From positions 2,432,001 to 2,496,000 of the forward strand of contig CAXXVL010000002.1 of the NCBI GenBank assembly GCA_963667845.2: a stretch of 64,000 nt of DNA. Reading direction: 5' to 3'. Numbering within the stretch: the first letter of the stretch is position 1; every line of letters begins with the position of its first letter. A program made the translations under genes and the position numbers. The DNA is from Smithellaceae bacterium (lineage in GTDB: Bacteria; Desulfobacterota; Syntrophia; Syntrophales; Smithellaceae). The notes beneath the pieces are model-generated. The model was not told the origin of the DNA and made no database searches. It saw nothing but the letters and a program-made list of their open reading frames with translations. Shown piece after piece: positions 1-9,465 of the stretch.

Positions 1-2545
1 GCAGGCGCAGATCCTTTGCCCGGACATCAATCACGTGTACCACCTTGGCCATGTTCGAGGCGTCCGGCATCAGGTCCGTGAGGATATTCGGCTGCTTTTT
101 GATCCAGGCGGAATTGAAAATGACGTCGTCTTTTTCGGGATAGATGGCCATATAAAAAATATCCATTTCGACCATGTCCTGGAAAAAATGAGTTCCGAAA
201 GACAAATCCGGGATGAGCGACCCATCCTGATAGGCGATCTCGCCGATGGCCGTGACGTTGTTGATTTCCGAGAATGTCACCGGCACGCCCATGGCGGGGG
301 TCGTGGTTCCCCAGCGACCCGGCCCCAGGAGGATCGTCGGCATCTTCTCGCGCTTTCCGATTTGTTTGTTGAGCTTGCCTGTGAGCCTTGCCACCTCGTG
401 TTTCTCGGCCAGGCTCAATCCGGTGTAGCCCTGCGGGTCGATATAGATGATGCGGGAAATGGCCTGATAGACGCTGCCGCCCATAAAATTAGCGTCCTGC
501 TTGAACAGAATTTTGGACTTGCTGATTTTTTCCGGCAGCTCGACGCGGCTGTAATGTCCCTTGGTCTGGAACGGACGGCATTGCAGCAGGTTGATCTGAG
601 GCCTGCCCTGCGCGGTGATGTTCACTGTAAATTCGATATCCACCGGGTAGCGATAGACCTGCTCCAGTTTCTTCAGCATGCTGGACATCGTCGCGGCAAA
701 AGGTGTGCTGCCCAGCAATTCGTCAAAGGTCAGAATCCAGGTGTCTTTGTCGTGCCTCCCGATCGATTGCAGGTATTCGGCCGCGGCCACATCACGCTCG
801 GCAATCAGTTCCAGGTGCGGCTCGATGTCCTCTGTGAGCAGCCCCGCCGCCGGCAGGGTCTGAAAGGCGTTTTCCGGCAGATTCAAAAGATCCACTTCAC
901 TCTGGGAAAAGCGCTTGATATCTTCCTGTTTGGCGTAAGGTTTGGTGAGCGGTGCGTCCAGCGCCACGATGCGCGGATAGTCGTTTTCCACGCGGTTTAC
1001 CGCCCTCGTTCCCAGGCCGAAGACGATGCGCAGCATCCCGGCTTTCGGGTCCATGCCTTTTTGCCAGACGAACGTATTGTACGATAAACCGACGCCCGCC
1101 AGGTCCGGGAAAAAATAGATGTTGCGGTGCGAGCCGGAAACGCGTTGAACGAGGAGCGCCATCTGTTCATCCTGCTGGGCCATACCGCGCTGCAGCCGGT
1201 ACGTCAGGGCGTCTTCATTCATGGTGGAGGCGAAAATTTTGCGGACGGCTTCTTCAAAATGCCGGTAGCGTTCTTCGGGCGTTCCCTGGTTGACGCAGAA
1301 ATAGCTTTCGTATTTTCCGGCAAAGGCATTGCCGAAGGCGTCCTCGAGAAGCGAACTGGACCGCACGATGATCGGGGACTGGCCGTAATATTCCAGCATG
1401 AGCTGAAACTGCTCTTTGACTTCGTCGGGGAAGACGCCGTGCAGCATCTTGCTTTTCAGCTCGCGGGCGACTTCAAAATAGCCCTCGTCGGTCTTCTGCG
1501 CCATCAGCAGTTTCCACCAGCCGTTTTGCACCATGTAGGAGTAGAAGATATCCGAACCAATGTAGAAGGAATCGTGAATTTCGAGCTCGGCATTCCAGTC
1601 GCGGGTCGGGTCCTTGCGCAGGATATTGCGCGCGAGCAGCATGCCCACGGATTTTCCGCCGATAAACCCCGTTCCGATCAGGCGCTTCTTGATCTCGACC
1701 AGATCTTCCAGGGAAAAATATTCCTTGACCAGCGACAGCATGCGTTTCTCGCGTCCGATCAAAACCCGCGAGAGCGACTCGACCATCTCTTCTTTTTCCT
1801 TCTCGGCATCGGGATCTTCGAGGACGCGGGTGGCTCTGAGGAAAAGCCGGTCCCAATAATCCAGGTTGCGCACGCCGCTCGTTGCATTCTTGTCCGTGAG
1901 AAAATGCAGAATGCTTGCGGCATCCGCGCTGTTCAGGATAGGGACGAACTTCTCGTTTTCCAGAATATGCGGCAGAAACATCGTCGGCGTATAGCGTTTC
2001 CAGGCTTTGAGCGGATGGATGCATACTTTGCCGTCGTTGTTGTAAACATCCAGGAGCACCTGCGTGGTTTCCCGAATCCGCGCCACGGTTTTGAAGGAGT
2101 GGCGGCTGCGCAGGATCGCGAAATACGCGACCGTGTTCAGTTCGAAGAGATAGGGGCAGGTGATGACAAAGAAATTGCCGATCATCAGGTCGGTGGCCCA
2201 GGCCATAAGCAGATCGGAGAGGCAGTCAAAGACATAGAATACATCGCGGCCCTCGTCGCGCACAATGTTGTGGACCTGGGTCGAAAAGGATTCAAACCCT
2301 TCATTGGCGTTGAGCGTATAGATCTTGACTCTGTCGCTGGGTCCGAGCAGGGGAGGGTGGTTGGCAAAGCGCATATAGACGAGGCGGTGACTTCGCTCCA
2401 GCGCCGCCTCCACGTAGGGATCAACAAATCGTTTGTAGTCGGCGATGTCGTCTACCTGCCAGACGACATTGTCGCCCATCTGCAGATAATTGAGCATTTC
2501 ATCCAGGCCGGCGATGCCGGTGGTCACGCGGGCAAAAGGTGTCAT
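1..2545 (-). CDS. PEP/pyruvate-binding domain protein (PPDK/PEP synthase-like), runs off the window start
   Basis: Not in the ORF track because its stop lies outside the window. Minus strand reads MTPFARVTTGIAGLDEMLNYLQMGDNVVW from ATG 2545 (AAGGA RBS). The same frame near the window start reads LLGPGRWGTTTPAMGVPVTFSEINN...PDLSFGTHFFQDMVEMDIFY, typical of this family. Confidence 0.8.
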   Translation of the reverse strand, partial: MTPFARVTTGIAGLDEMLNYLQMGDNVVWQVDDIADYKRFVDPYVEAALERSHRLVYMRFANHPPLLGPSDRVKIYTLNANEGFESFSTQVHNIVRDEGRDVFYVFDCLSDLLMAWATDLMIGNFFVITCPYLFELNTVAYFAILRSRHSFKTVARIRETTQVLLDVYNNDGKVCIHPLKAWKRYTPTMFLPHILENEKFVPILNSADAASILHFLTDKNATSGVRNLDYWDRLFLRATRVLEDPDAEKEKEEMVESLSRVLIGREKRMLSLVKEYFSLEDLVEIKKRLIGTGFIGGKSVGMLLARNILRKDPTRDWNAELEIHDSFYIGSDIFYSYMVQNGWWKLLMAQKTDEGYFEVARELKSKMLHGVFPDEVKEQFQLMLEYYGQSPIIVRSSSLLEDAFGNAFAGKYESYFCVNQGTPEERYRHFEEAVRKIFASTMNEDALTYRLQRGMAQQDEQMALLVQRVSGSHRNIYFFPDLAGVGLSYNTFVWQKGMDPKAGMLRIVFGLGTRAVNRVENDYPRIVALDAPLTKPYAKQEDIKRFSQSEVDLLNLPENAFQTLPAAGLLTEDIEPHLELIAERDVAAAEYLQSIGRHDKDTWILTFDELLGSTPFAATMSSMLKKLEQVYRYPVDIEFTVNITAQGRPQINLLQCRPFQTKGHYSRVELPEKISKSKILFKQDANFMGGSVYQAISRIIYIDPQGYTGLSLAEKHEVARLTGKLNKQIGKREKMPTILLGPGRWGTTTPAMGVPVTFSEINNVTAIGEIAYQDGSLIPDLSFGTHFFQDMVEMDIFYMAIYPEKDDVIFNSAWIKKQPNILTDLMPDASNMAKVVHVIDVRAKDLRL

Positions 2546-2564
2546 GATGTTTGTGTCCTTTATT

Positions 2565-2663
2565 TGATCCCGCTCGGGCGGGACGAGAGTTAATTCCCTG
2601 TCGCTTGCTGCAATATAATAACGTTCATTTCATACCTCGACAGCTTGCTGCAAGACGGTTGGC
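2565..2663 (+). repeat. ~98-bp dispersed palindromic element, long copy
   Basis: TGATCCCGCTCGGGCGGGACGAGAGTTAA...GCTTGCTGCAATATAATAACGTTCATTTCATACCTCGACAGCTTGCTGC...GGTTGG; aligns by eye with the copies at 7378, 31340 and 56255. Confidence 0.85.
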
Positions 2664-2973
2664 TTTTCAGTGGAACAAATTTGTTCGTTCCGATGATCGG
2701 ATAGATCCTCACCCCAAAGATCAGGGCTGACGAGCTTTCTCACAATAAGTAAGCTATTACAATCTTTTATGTCAACACCGGTTTTCCGGACCGTTGATCT
2801 TCGGCCCCCGGCAACTGCCGCAGCAAAAGCTATTTCAAAAATGAATCAATTATTATGCCAGAAGTTCATTTTTGTAAAATTTGTCTTTTGCCTTGACATC
2901 TTTTTTTGCAGACTCTACAGTCTGCACCAAAGCAATCAGGTTCCTCACTAAAAAAAGTAAATCTAAAACAGTC

Positions 2974-3924
2974 ATGATGATCGCAGACCTTTTGAGAAAA
3001 TTGCGCGGCGAAAAAAAACTCGAAAACGGGCAGGTTGACGTGCTCCTCGATCTGCAGGAGAAGAGAATCTTCTCCGTCCACCGGGAGCTGCGTTTTTTTC
3101 TTTACCTCGGAATCCTGATGGTCATCACGGGAGCTGGCCTCACCGTCAAACAATACTTCCTGAACCTGGGCGACCTGGTCATCATCTCCGCGCTCACACT
3201 CTTCGCCGCCGCGGCCTTCATTTACTGCTTCTCAAAAGGCGGCCCCTTCGCCCGGGAAGCCGTTTCCCCGCCCAATGTCGTCTTTGATTATGTTTTATTT
3301 TTCGGCTGCGCGCTCTTTTCCATGGATGTCGCCTACATTGAACTGCAGTATCACGTGCTGGGCGACGCCTGGAAAAACTATCTGCTGATATCGGTTGCCC
3401 TGTTTTTCTTTCTCGCGTACCGGTTTGACAACCGTCTGGTATTGTCGCTGGCCCTCTCGACGCTTGCCGCCTGGTTCGGCTTTACGCTCTCGGGCTTCCG
3501 GCTCTTTTCGCTTCAGGAATACTACCGCCTCTACACCATTGCTTACGCATTGATTGTGCTGGGCGCGGGAGGAATGGCCTGGCGGCTGGATGTCAAAAAA
3601 CACTTCTTTGACATCTACCTGAATTTTGCGATCCACTTCCTCTGCATTGCGCTCATCGCCGGCGTTGCCCAGTATAAAATCCTGTCGCTGTATTTCCCGG
3701 CGCTTCTCGTTACCTGCGCGGCGCTCGCTTTTTATTCCGTGAGAGCCCGCAAATTTCTCTATATGCTTTACGCCGTGATTTACGGATACATCGGCATCAG
3801 CATTGTGATATTTGATTTCATCCACCGGGAGACCTTCCTCGTTTTTGCCTATTTCATTATCACATCGCTGGGCGTAGTGGGCCTGATCTTTAAGATGTCG
3901 CGCCGGTTGAAGGAGGGTGAATGA
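2974..3924 (+). CDS. DUF2157-like multi-pass membrane protein
   Basis: FSVHRELRFFLYLG and AYRFDNRLVLSLAL motifs, about 10 hydrophobic segments. ATG 2974 preferred over TTG 2881. Confidence 0.65.
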   Translation: MMIADLLRKLRGEKKLENGQVDVLLDLQEKRIFSVHRELRFFLYLGILMVITGAGLTVKQYFLNLGDLVIISALTLFAAAAFIYCFSKGGPFAREAVSPPNVVFDYVLFFGCALFSMDVAYIELQYHVLGDAWKNYLLISVALFFFLAYRFDNRLVLSLALSTLAAWFGFTLSGFRLFSLQEYYRLYTIAYALIVLGAGGMAWRLDVKKHFFDIYLNFAIHFLCIALIAGVAQYKILSLYFPALLVTCAALAFYSVRARKFLYMLYAVIYGYIGISIVIFDFIHRETFLVFAYFIITSLGVVGLIFKMSRRLKEGE

Positions 3925-5144
3925 AGCTCAGCATCTATGCATCCGAACAGGAAGAAAAAATCTACCTGCGCGGCGAGGCCGCAACGTGGAAGCGGTCGGG
4001 TCTCATCACACAAGACCAGCTCAGTGCTATAAATGATGCGGCAGATCCGGAGCTTCAGCAAACCAACCTGTTCTTCCGGATCCTCTTTTTTATTTTTACG
4101 TTGCTCGGCGCCGGCGCGGTTGTGGGATTGATCATCTGGATCATTGTCAGCAACGGAGGCGCGCAAAGCCAGAAAGCGGCGGCGGCTTTTACATTGGCCT
4201 CAAGTATTGCCTATTTCTTTCTGGCCGATCTTCTGGCGAAGGCGCACCGCCTTTACCGCTATGGAATAGAAGAAGCGCTGCTCATGTTCGGGATGGTCTG
4301 TTTTGTGATCAGCATTTTAGTTCTTCTCGGGATAGAAAATCATTTCAGTCAGCATGAAATTGCCGTCGCCGTCTGCTTGTTATTCGTTGTCCTCGCGGGC
4401 TTGATCTATCTGCGCTTCGGTTATTTGTACATGGCCGTGATCAGCCTTGCCGCGCTCTGCGCCATTCCATTTCAACTCGACTTGCCGCCCGTCGCGGAAA
4501 GATTGCTGCTCACGCTGATTCTGTGCGCCGCATTTATTTCCGGTCTGGCCGCTGATAAAGCAGGCGGCGAAGACTTCCGCAAGCATCGGAACACCATCAT
4601 GCTGGCGGGCCTGCTTGCCGCGATTTACTTTACCGTCAACCTGGAAATTCTCGGCCTGATCGGATCACTGCTTAAAGATAAGTACGTCGTTCATCTGAAT
4701 CCCCGGCTGTTCCCGCCCTGGCTGTACTGGTCGTCTTACGCGCTCTCATTTATCATTCCCGCAGCGGGGATCATCTGGGGGATTAAAAGCCGCAGGCGTC
4801 TGATCCTGAACGTGGGCCTCATCATGGCCATAGCGACACTCGCGACCAACAAGAGCTATCTGGGGATGACGCGCTACGCCTGGGACCCCGCAATTCTCGG
4901 GTTCATTCTGATTGCCTTGTCCCTTCTGATCGACCGCTGGCTTACGCGCGGTCCGCAAAAAGCCCGGCATGGCTTCACCGCCGAGAGTATTTTGAAGCCC
5001 GAAGACCACGGCGTCGGCCTGGCGGACGTCGCAGCGGCGCTGACCCCGGGGGTTATGGGCGCCCAGCAGCCTCCGCAGGCTCCGGAAGGGAAATTCTATG
5101 AGGGCGGCGCTTCGGGAGGCGGGGGCGCGGAAAGAAAATTTTAG
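3921..5144 (+). CDS. multi-pass membrane protein, partner of the DUF2157-like gene
   Basis: 4-bp overlap with the upstream stop; many TM segments; C-terminal GGASGGGGA motif. Confidence 0.7.
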   Translation: MKLSIYASEQEEKIYLRGEAATWKRSGLITQDQLSAINDAADPELQQTNLFFRILFFIFTLLGAGAVVGLIIWIIVSNGGAQSQKAAAAFTLASSIAYFFLADLLAKAHRLYRYGIEEALLMFGMVCFVISILVLLGIENHFSQHEIAVAVCLLFVVLAGLIYLRFGYLYMAVISLAALCAIPFQLDLPPVAERLLLTLILCAAFISGLAADKAGGEDFRKHRNTIMLAGLLAAIYFTVNLEILGLIGSLLKDKYVVHLNPRLFPPWLYWSSYALSFIIPAAGIIWGIKSRRRLILNVGLIMAIATLATNKSYLGMTRYAWDPAILGFILIALSLLIDRWLTRGPQKARHGFTAESILKPEDHGVGLADVAAALTPGVMGAQQPPQAPEGKFYEGGASGGGGAERKF

Positions 5145-5199
5145 TGTCCGTACATGCCTCCCCCCTACCCCCTCCGAAGGAGACTAAATAAGGTGCTCC

Positions 5200-6090
5200 A
5201 TGAAGATCTTTCCATTTAAAAAAATTGATGTGTTCGCCAGCGGACAATCCGCAGGCAATCCCTGTGCAAGCGTTTACTTAGACTGCGCCTCGGACATCAC
5301 TCCCGACGAAATGCAGAAGATCGCCTGCGAGCTCGCGGGCTTTGTGAGCGAGGTGGTCTTTGTATTTCCCGAACACGGATGCTTTCGTTTAAAGTACTAT
5401 TCCTCGGAATGTGAAGTGGACTACTGCGGACATGGCACTGTAGGCACCATGTATGACTACATCAAGAGCCATCCCTACCTTCTTTCCAAAGACGTGGTGC
5501 AGATCCGGGTGAAAGACGAGCAGCTTGACGTTTACAACCGGATTGCCGACCAGGACTGTGTTTACATCACCGCGCCCGCTCCGACGTTTCGCGAAAATTT
5601 GCTCGAAGGCCGCGTCATCGCCGGTGCGCTGTATCTGGAGCCCGAAAAGCTTGATCAGCGGTTTGACCCGGCCCTCATCAACGCGGGCCTCAATACGCTG
5701 ATCGTTCCCATCCGCAGGCTGGATGACTGCCTGTCGGTGTGGCCCGACGAAAGATCGCTCAAACAGTTTTGTCACTACAACGGTCTGGATATCATCCTTG
5801 TTTTTACCACCGAGGTTGCCGATTCGGGCCGGAAATTCCGCACGCGCGTGTTCGCTCCCAAATTCGGCTACCTGGAAGATCCGGCCACGGGGTCCGGCAA
5901 TGCCGCCTTCGGGTATTACCTGCTTAAGAGAAACCTGTGGGACGGCGCCGGCATCAGCATCGAACAAAACGGCAGCCCGAGCTGCCCGAATATCATCAAG
6001 CTCGACACGGTCAAAATGGCCGGGGGAAGGCGCGTTATTTTCGGCGGTGCGGCTCAGGTGAAAATCAACGGCGTTTACACCCTCGCCTAG
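5200..6090 (+). CDS. PhzF family isomerase/epimerase
   Basis: DVF...GNP, MQKIA, EVDYCGHGT and EDPATGSGN motifs. Confidence 0.9.
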   Translation: MKIFPFKKIDVFASGQSAGNPCASVYLDCASDITPDEMQKIACELAGFVSEVVFVFPEHGCFRLKYYSSECEVDYCGHGTVGTMYDYIKSHPYLLSKDVVQIRVKDEQLDVYNRIADQDCVYITAPAPTFRENLLEGRVIAGALYLEPEKLDQRFDPALINAGLNTLIVPIRRLDDCLSVWPDERSLKQFCHYNGLDIILVFTTEVADSGRKFRTRVFAPKFGYLEDPATGSGNAAFGYYLLKRNLWDGAGISIEQNGSPSCPNIIKLDTVKMAGGRRVIFGGAAQVKINGVYTLA

Positions 6091-6289
6091 AGCAAAAGGA
6101 TTCCCGGCTTTTTTTGCGGAGGCATTCCGGGGCGCCGCCAGTGCCCTGTCCGTCAGCCTGCCGCGCCGTTTCCGGCGCCTGGTGGGCCCGAAAAAATTTC
6201 AGGATTTTCACCGGAAATATGATATAAAGCTTTCGCAATCACCGCAATGAAGTTACTATTCTTTAACATTACAATCGAGGAGGTCTTTT

Positions 6290-7198
6290 ATGAAGTCGCT
6301 TTGCAAAGTGGGCATGTCAGTCATCGTCATCATTCTTTTGTTTGCGGGTATCGGCTTTGCCCAGGATAACCAGGACGGCAAAGTCGGCATGAAGGATTGG
6401 ACGAAGATCATCGAATCCAAGGTTACGAATCAGATAGGCGACAAAGGACTGGTCAACTACGAGGATGGATATATCGAGGCCGTCGGAACCGGCGCGCCTC
6501 CCGAGCAGTATTACGGCAAGCCCCAGGCGCGTCCAATGGCGCTGCGCGCGGCGCAGGTAGACGCCTACCGGAACCTGCTGGAAGTTGTGCAGGGCGTACA
6601 GATTGATTCCAGAACGACCGTCAAGGATTTTGCAGTGGAAAGCGATGTCATCAATACGGCAATCAGCGGCATGGTGAAAGGTGCGCAGATTTCCAAGAAA
6701 GAATACATGTCCGACGGAACGGTGGAAGTGACCGTGCGGATGCCGCTCTCCGGCGTGGCCAAAGCCGTTATTCCCCAGGCGATAACCAATGATAAAAAAG
6801 AGGACATGAAGGACCACAAGCCCGCGCCGTTCTCCAAAAAATCCGCTCCGAAAGATGAAGTTTATACCGGTCTCGTGATTGACGGCCGGGGGCTCCAGGC
6901 CCGACCGGCCATGTCCCCCAAGATCTTTGACGAAACCGGCGCCGAAGTTTACGGAACCCTGATCGTCAAAAAAGACTATGCCGTGCAGCAGGGGATCTGC
7001 GGCTATGCGCGCGACCTCAATACGGCGCAGGTGAATGACCGGGTCACCGCAAACCCGCTGACCGTCAAGGCCTTAAGCGCCCAGGGCGCGGGGATGTCGG
7101 AATTCGTCATCAGCAATGACGATGCCAAAAAGATCCGTGCCGCAAAGGAAAACCTGACCTTCCTGCAGAAGTGCCGGGTTATGGTTGTTCTGGACTAG
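6290..7198 (+). CDS. exported LPP20-like domain protein
   Basis: Signal peptide; ALRAAQVDAYRNLLE..GVQIDS.TTV and YTGLVIDGRG motifs; GAGGAGG RBS. Confidence 0.6.
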   Translation: MKSLCKVGMSVIVIILLFAGIGFAQDNQDGKVGMKDWTKIIESKVTNQIGDKGLVNYEDGYIEAVGTGAPPEQYYGKPQARPMALRAAQVDAYRNLLEVVQGVQIDSRTTVKDFAVESDVINTAISGMVKGAQISKKEYMSDGTVEVTVRMPLSGVAKAVIPQAITNDKKEDMKDHKPAPFSKKSAPKDEVYTGLVIDGRGLQARPAMSPKIFDETGAEVYGTLIVKKDYAVQQGICGYARDLNTAQVNDRVTANPLTVKALSAQGAGMSEFVISNDDAKKIRAAKENLTFLQKCRVMVVLD

Positions 7199-7261
7199 AG
7201 ACGGCCGGATGCGCAGACACACCGCGGGACAACTCAAAGGGATAACTCAAAAACAAATGAG

Positions 7262-7294
7262 GCCGCTTCATCGATCAGATGGAGCGGCTTTTTT
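7262..7294 (+). terminator. intrinsic terminator
   Basis: GCCGCTTCATC-loop-GATGGAGCGGC followed by TTTTTT. Confidence 0.8.
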
Positions 7295-7377
7295 GCGTGA
7301 TGGTTCTTGTGGGGAATGTCCGGCATATCCTCCTTGACATTTATTGCCGCCGATGTAGTAATATCCAAAATGCAATC

Positions 7378-7476
7378 TAATCCCGCTCACGCGGGACGCG
7401 CGTTAAGTGTCTGCAGCTTGCTGCAGAATAATGACATTCATTTCATACCTCGAAAGCTTGGTGCGAGGTGGTTGAT
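7378..7476 (+). repeat. ~98-bp dispersed palindromic element, long copy
   Basis: TAATCCCGCTCACGCGGGACGCGCGTTAA...CATTTCATACCTCGAAAGCTTGGTGCGAGGTGGTTGAT; lies between a TTGACA (7334) and the 7502 gene. Confidence 0.85.
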
Positions 7477-7501
7477 CCCTGAAAACAATAAGGAGGCAGT
7501 C

Positions 7502-7846
7502 ATGAAAAGATCCACACAGGTCTCGCTTTTGGCGGCATTGACAGTCATGTTGTTTGCGGGTTTATTGGTTACGTATCCTGCGGCGGCGCAGGCCCGCGCG
7601 GCGACAGCCGTGGAAGGCGCAAAATTTGACACGGACAGTTCCATCAAAGATAATCTGAAAATCTACATCGGCAAAGACGTGGTCATCCATCTGCGTTCGG
7701 GGAAATCAATTCAGGGGTACGTGAAGACTGTAGGCGACCACCTGATTCATCTCGAGAAGCTCGCCGCCGGACGGGATTTCTACGATGCACTGATCCGCAT
7801 CGAAGACATCACCGCCATCGAAGCCAGATTCAGGGAAATGAAGTAA
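7502..7846 (+). CDS. exported hypothetical protein, possible Sm-like beta fold
   Basis: AAGGAGG RBS before ATG 7502; signal peptide; IGKDVVIHLRSGKSIQGYV pattern. Confidence 0.65.
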   Translation: MKRSTQVSLLAALTVMLFAGLLVTYPAAAQARAATAVEGAKFDTDSSIKDNLKIYIGKDVVIHLRSGKSIQGYVKTVGDHLIHLEKLAAGRDFYDALIRIEDITAIEARFREMK

Positions 7847-7982
7847 TCCTGGTTATCTCCCCCCTCCAGACTGGGCTGCCGATCACGCTGTTGTCCCCAT
7901 CCAAAGAGGGACACGGCCGGACACAGAAGCTTTGACAGGATGAAGGAAATCGTTTAGAGATCACTGTGAAAGTGAGAGCCCA

Positions 7983-8249
7983 ATGAAACGAATCATCTAT
8001 CACCTCGTGCTGCCCGCAATCGTCTGCCTGCTGTTTTTCGCGGTGGCCCGAACGCCTGTCAGCTTTTTCGGTTGTGCCAACCGCGGTTTGATCGCCACCG
8101 CGATAGCGTTGTTCTCCGGTGCCGGTGCAATTGTCTGTGTCGTTCGCAGCAAGAACGCACTGAAAACCGAACCGGAACAATCCCGCTGGTGGCTAATGAC
8201 TACGCTTATCCTGGCCGTGCCCCTTGTCGGGCTGGTGATCCTCGCCTGA
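7983..8249 (+). CDS. small membrane protein, about 3 TM segments
   Basis: 88-aa hydrophobic ORF. Confidence 0.55.
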   Translation: MKRIIYHLVLPAIVCLLFFAVARTPVSFFGCANRGLIATAIALFSGAGAIVCVVRSKNALKTEPEQSRWWLMTTLILAVPLVGLVILA

Positions 8250-8412
8250 GCATTTTCCGATCCCTGGTAAATCGCCATGCCCGGCGGTTTACGCGGTTTG
8301 CAGGCTTAATGACCGGATTGCATCACATTCCATAAACGAAGCCATAGCTCAATTGCGGGAAATCCGCGCCAGCTCGCCTCGCCGAATCCTGATGGTTGTG
8401 CCCAGTTTGACG

Positions 8413-8441
8413 TTGACAGGATATGACGGACTTCCTATAAT
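8413..8441 (+). promoter_or_regulatory. sigma70 consensus promoter
   Basis: TTGACA-17 nt-TATAAT upstream of the DUF169 gene. Confidence 0.7.
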
Positions 8442-8609
8442 CGCCGCGACTGGAAAGCGGAATCTTGCCGCGGATTAGAGCCGGCAAGAATACGTCACAT
8501 CATTTTACAGGGGCAGGTAAGGGGAAATGAAAATAAATCTACAGCGGGATGTCGATTCGGGAACTTATATTTCAACTGTCATCAGCGACGCACCACGTGC
8601 AAGGAGATC

Positions 8610-9374
8610 ATGATGGAAAAGTGGGTTAAAAGAAGCAAGACCTTGAAAGAGAATTTGTGCCTGGCCACCGAGCCGATCGGTTACAAACGCCTGGAGAAAG
8701 CTGCTGAACTCGATAGCATCGAGGGCGCTTTGTCGTGGCGTGAGACGTGCGTATTTTGTCAGATCCAGTTTATGGCCCGGGTGGGCGGCCTGACCGTCGG
8801 GCTGACCTCCGAGAGCAAAGTGGGTGAGCGCTGCAAACGCATTCACGGCCTTCAGGCCGCAAGCGAGGAGACCATGCTGCAGGAGGCCAAGCTTTTTAAA
8901 CGAACCTGGATGGCTTCCGTTGAGGACGGCCTGGCGCAGCAGCAGTTTTACCTGAGAATACCGCCGGGCGAGGCGATAGTCGTAGGACCCTTAAGCAAGG
9001 GAAACTTCAATCCGGACGTCGTCCTCATTTACGGCAATCCCGCCCAGATTATGATGCTCATGTGCGGAATCCAAAAAATAAAATTTGAGCGCTTCGAGTT
9101 CAACTTCATCGGCGAAGGGGCCTGCGTCGATTCCCTCGGGCAATGCTTCAATACCGGGAAACCCGCCCTGGCGATTCCCTGCTACGGCGAGCGGGCCATG
9201 GGGCAGGTGAGGGACGACGAGATCGCCATCGCGCTGCCGCCCGCCTATGTCGACCAGGCGATCGAGGGACTGGCCGTTTTGAAGACGATCGGCTTTAAAT
9301 ATCCGATTTCCTCCATCGGCGCTTTTCTAGATCCCAGCCCGCTTTTGGCGCGCGTCTATCCGGGGAAAAAATAG
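8610..9374 (+). CDS. DUF169 domain protein
   Basis: FCQ, PDVVLIYGNPAQIM, GEGACVD and PCYGER motifs. Confidence 0.85.
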   Translation: MMEKWVKRSKTLKENLCLATEPIGYKRLEKAAELDSIEGALSWRETCVFCQIQFMARVGGLTVGLTSESKVGERCKRIHGLQAASEETMLQEAKLFKRTWMASVEDGLAQQQFYLRIPPGEAIVVGPLSKGNFNPDVVLIYGNPAQIMMLMCGIQKIKFERFEFNFIGEGACVDSLGQCFNTGKPALAIPCYGERAMGQVRDDEIAIALPPAYVDQAIEGLAVLKTIGFKYPISSIGAFLDPSPLLARVYPGKK

Positions 9375-9397
9375 TAACCACAAAAATCGTATGACTG

Positions 9398-9434
9398 AAA
9401 AAGAGGGCAGAGGGGTGATTCCCTCTGCCCTCTT
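9398..9434. terminator. terminator hairpin between convergent genes
   Basis: AAAAAGAGGGCAGAGGG-loop-CCCTCTGCCCTCTT. Confidence 0.8.
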
Positions 9435-9465
9435 GAGCATCAAGGCAAAACATCCGGGCCTGCGC

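Noticed and set aside
35..2593. Long + strand ORFs 35..1087 and 1127..2593
   Set aside because: Antisense shadows of the minus-strand PEP/pyruvate-binding gene, which carries the recognisable motifs.
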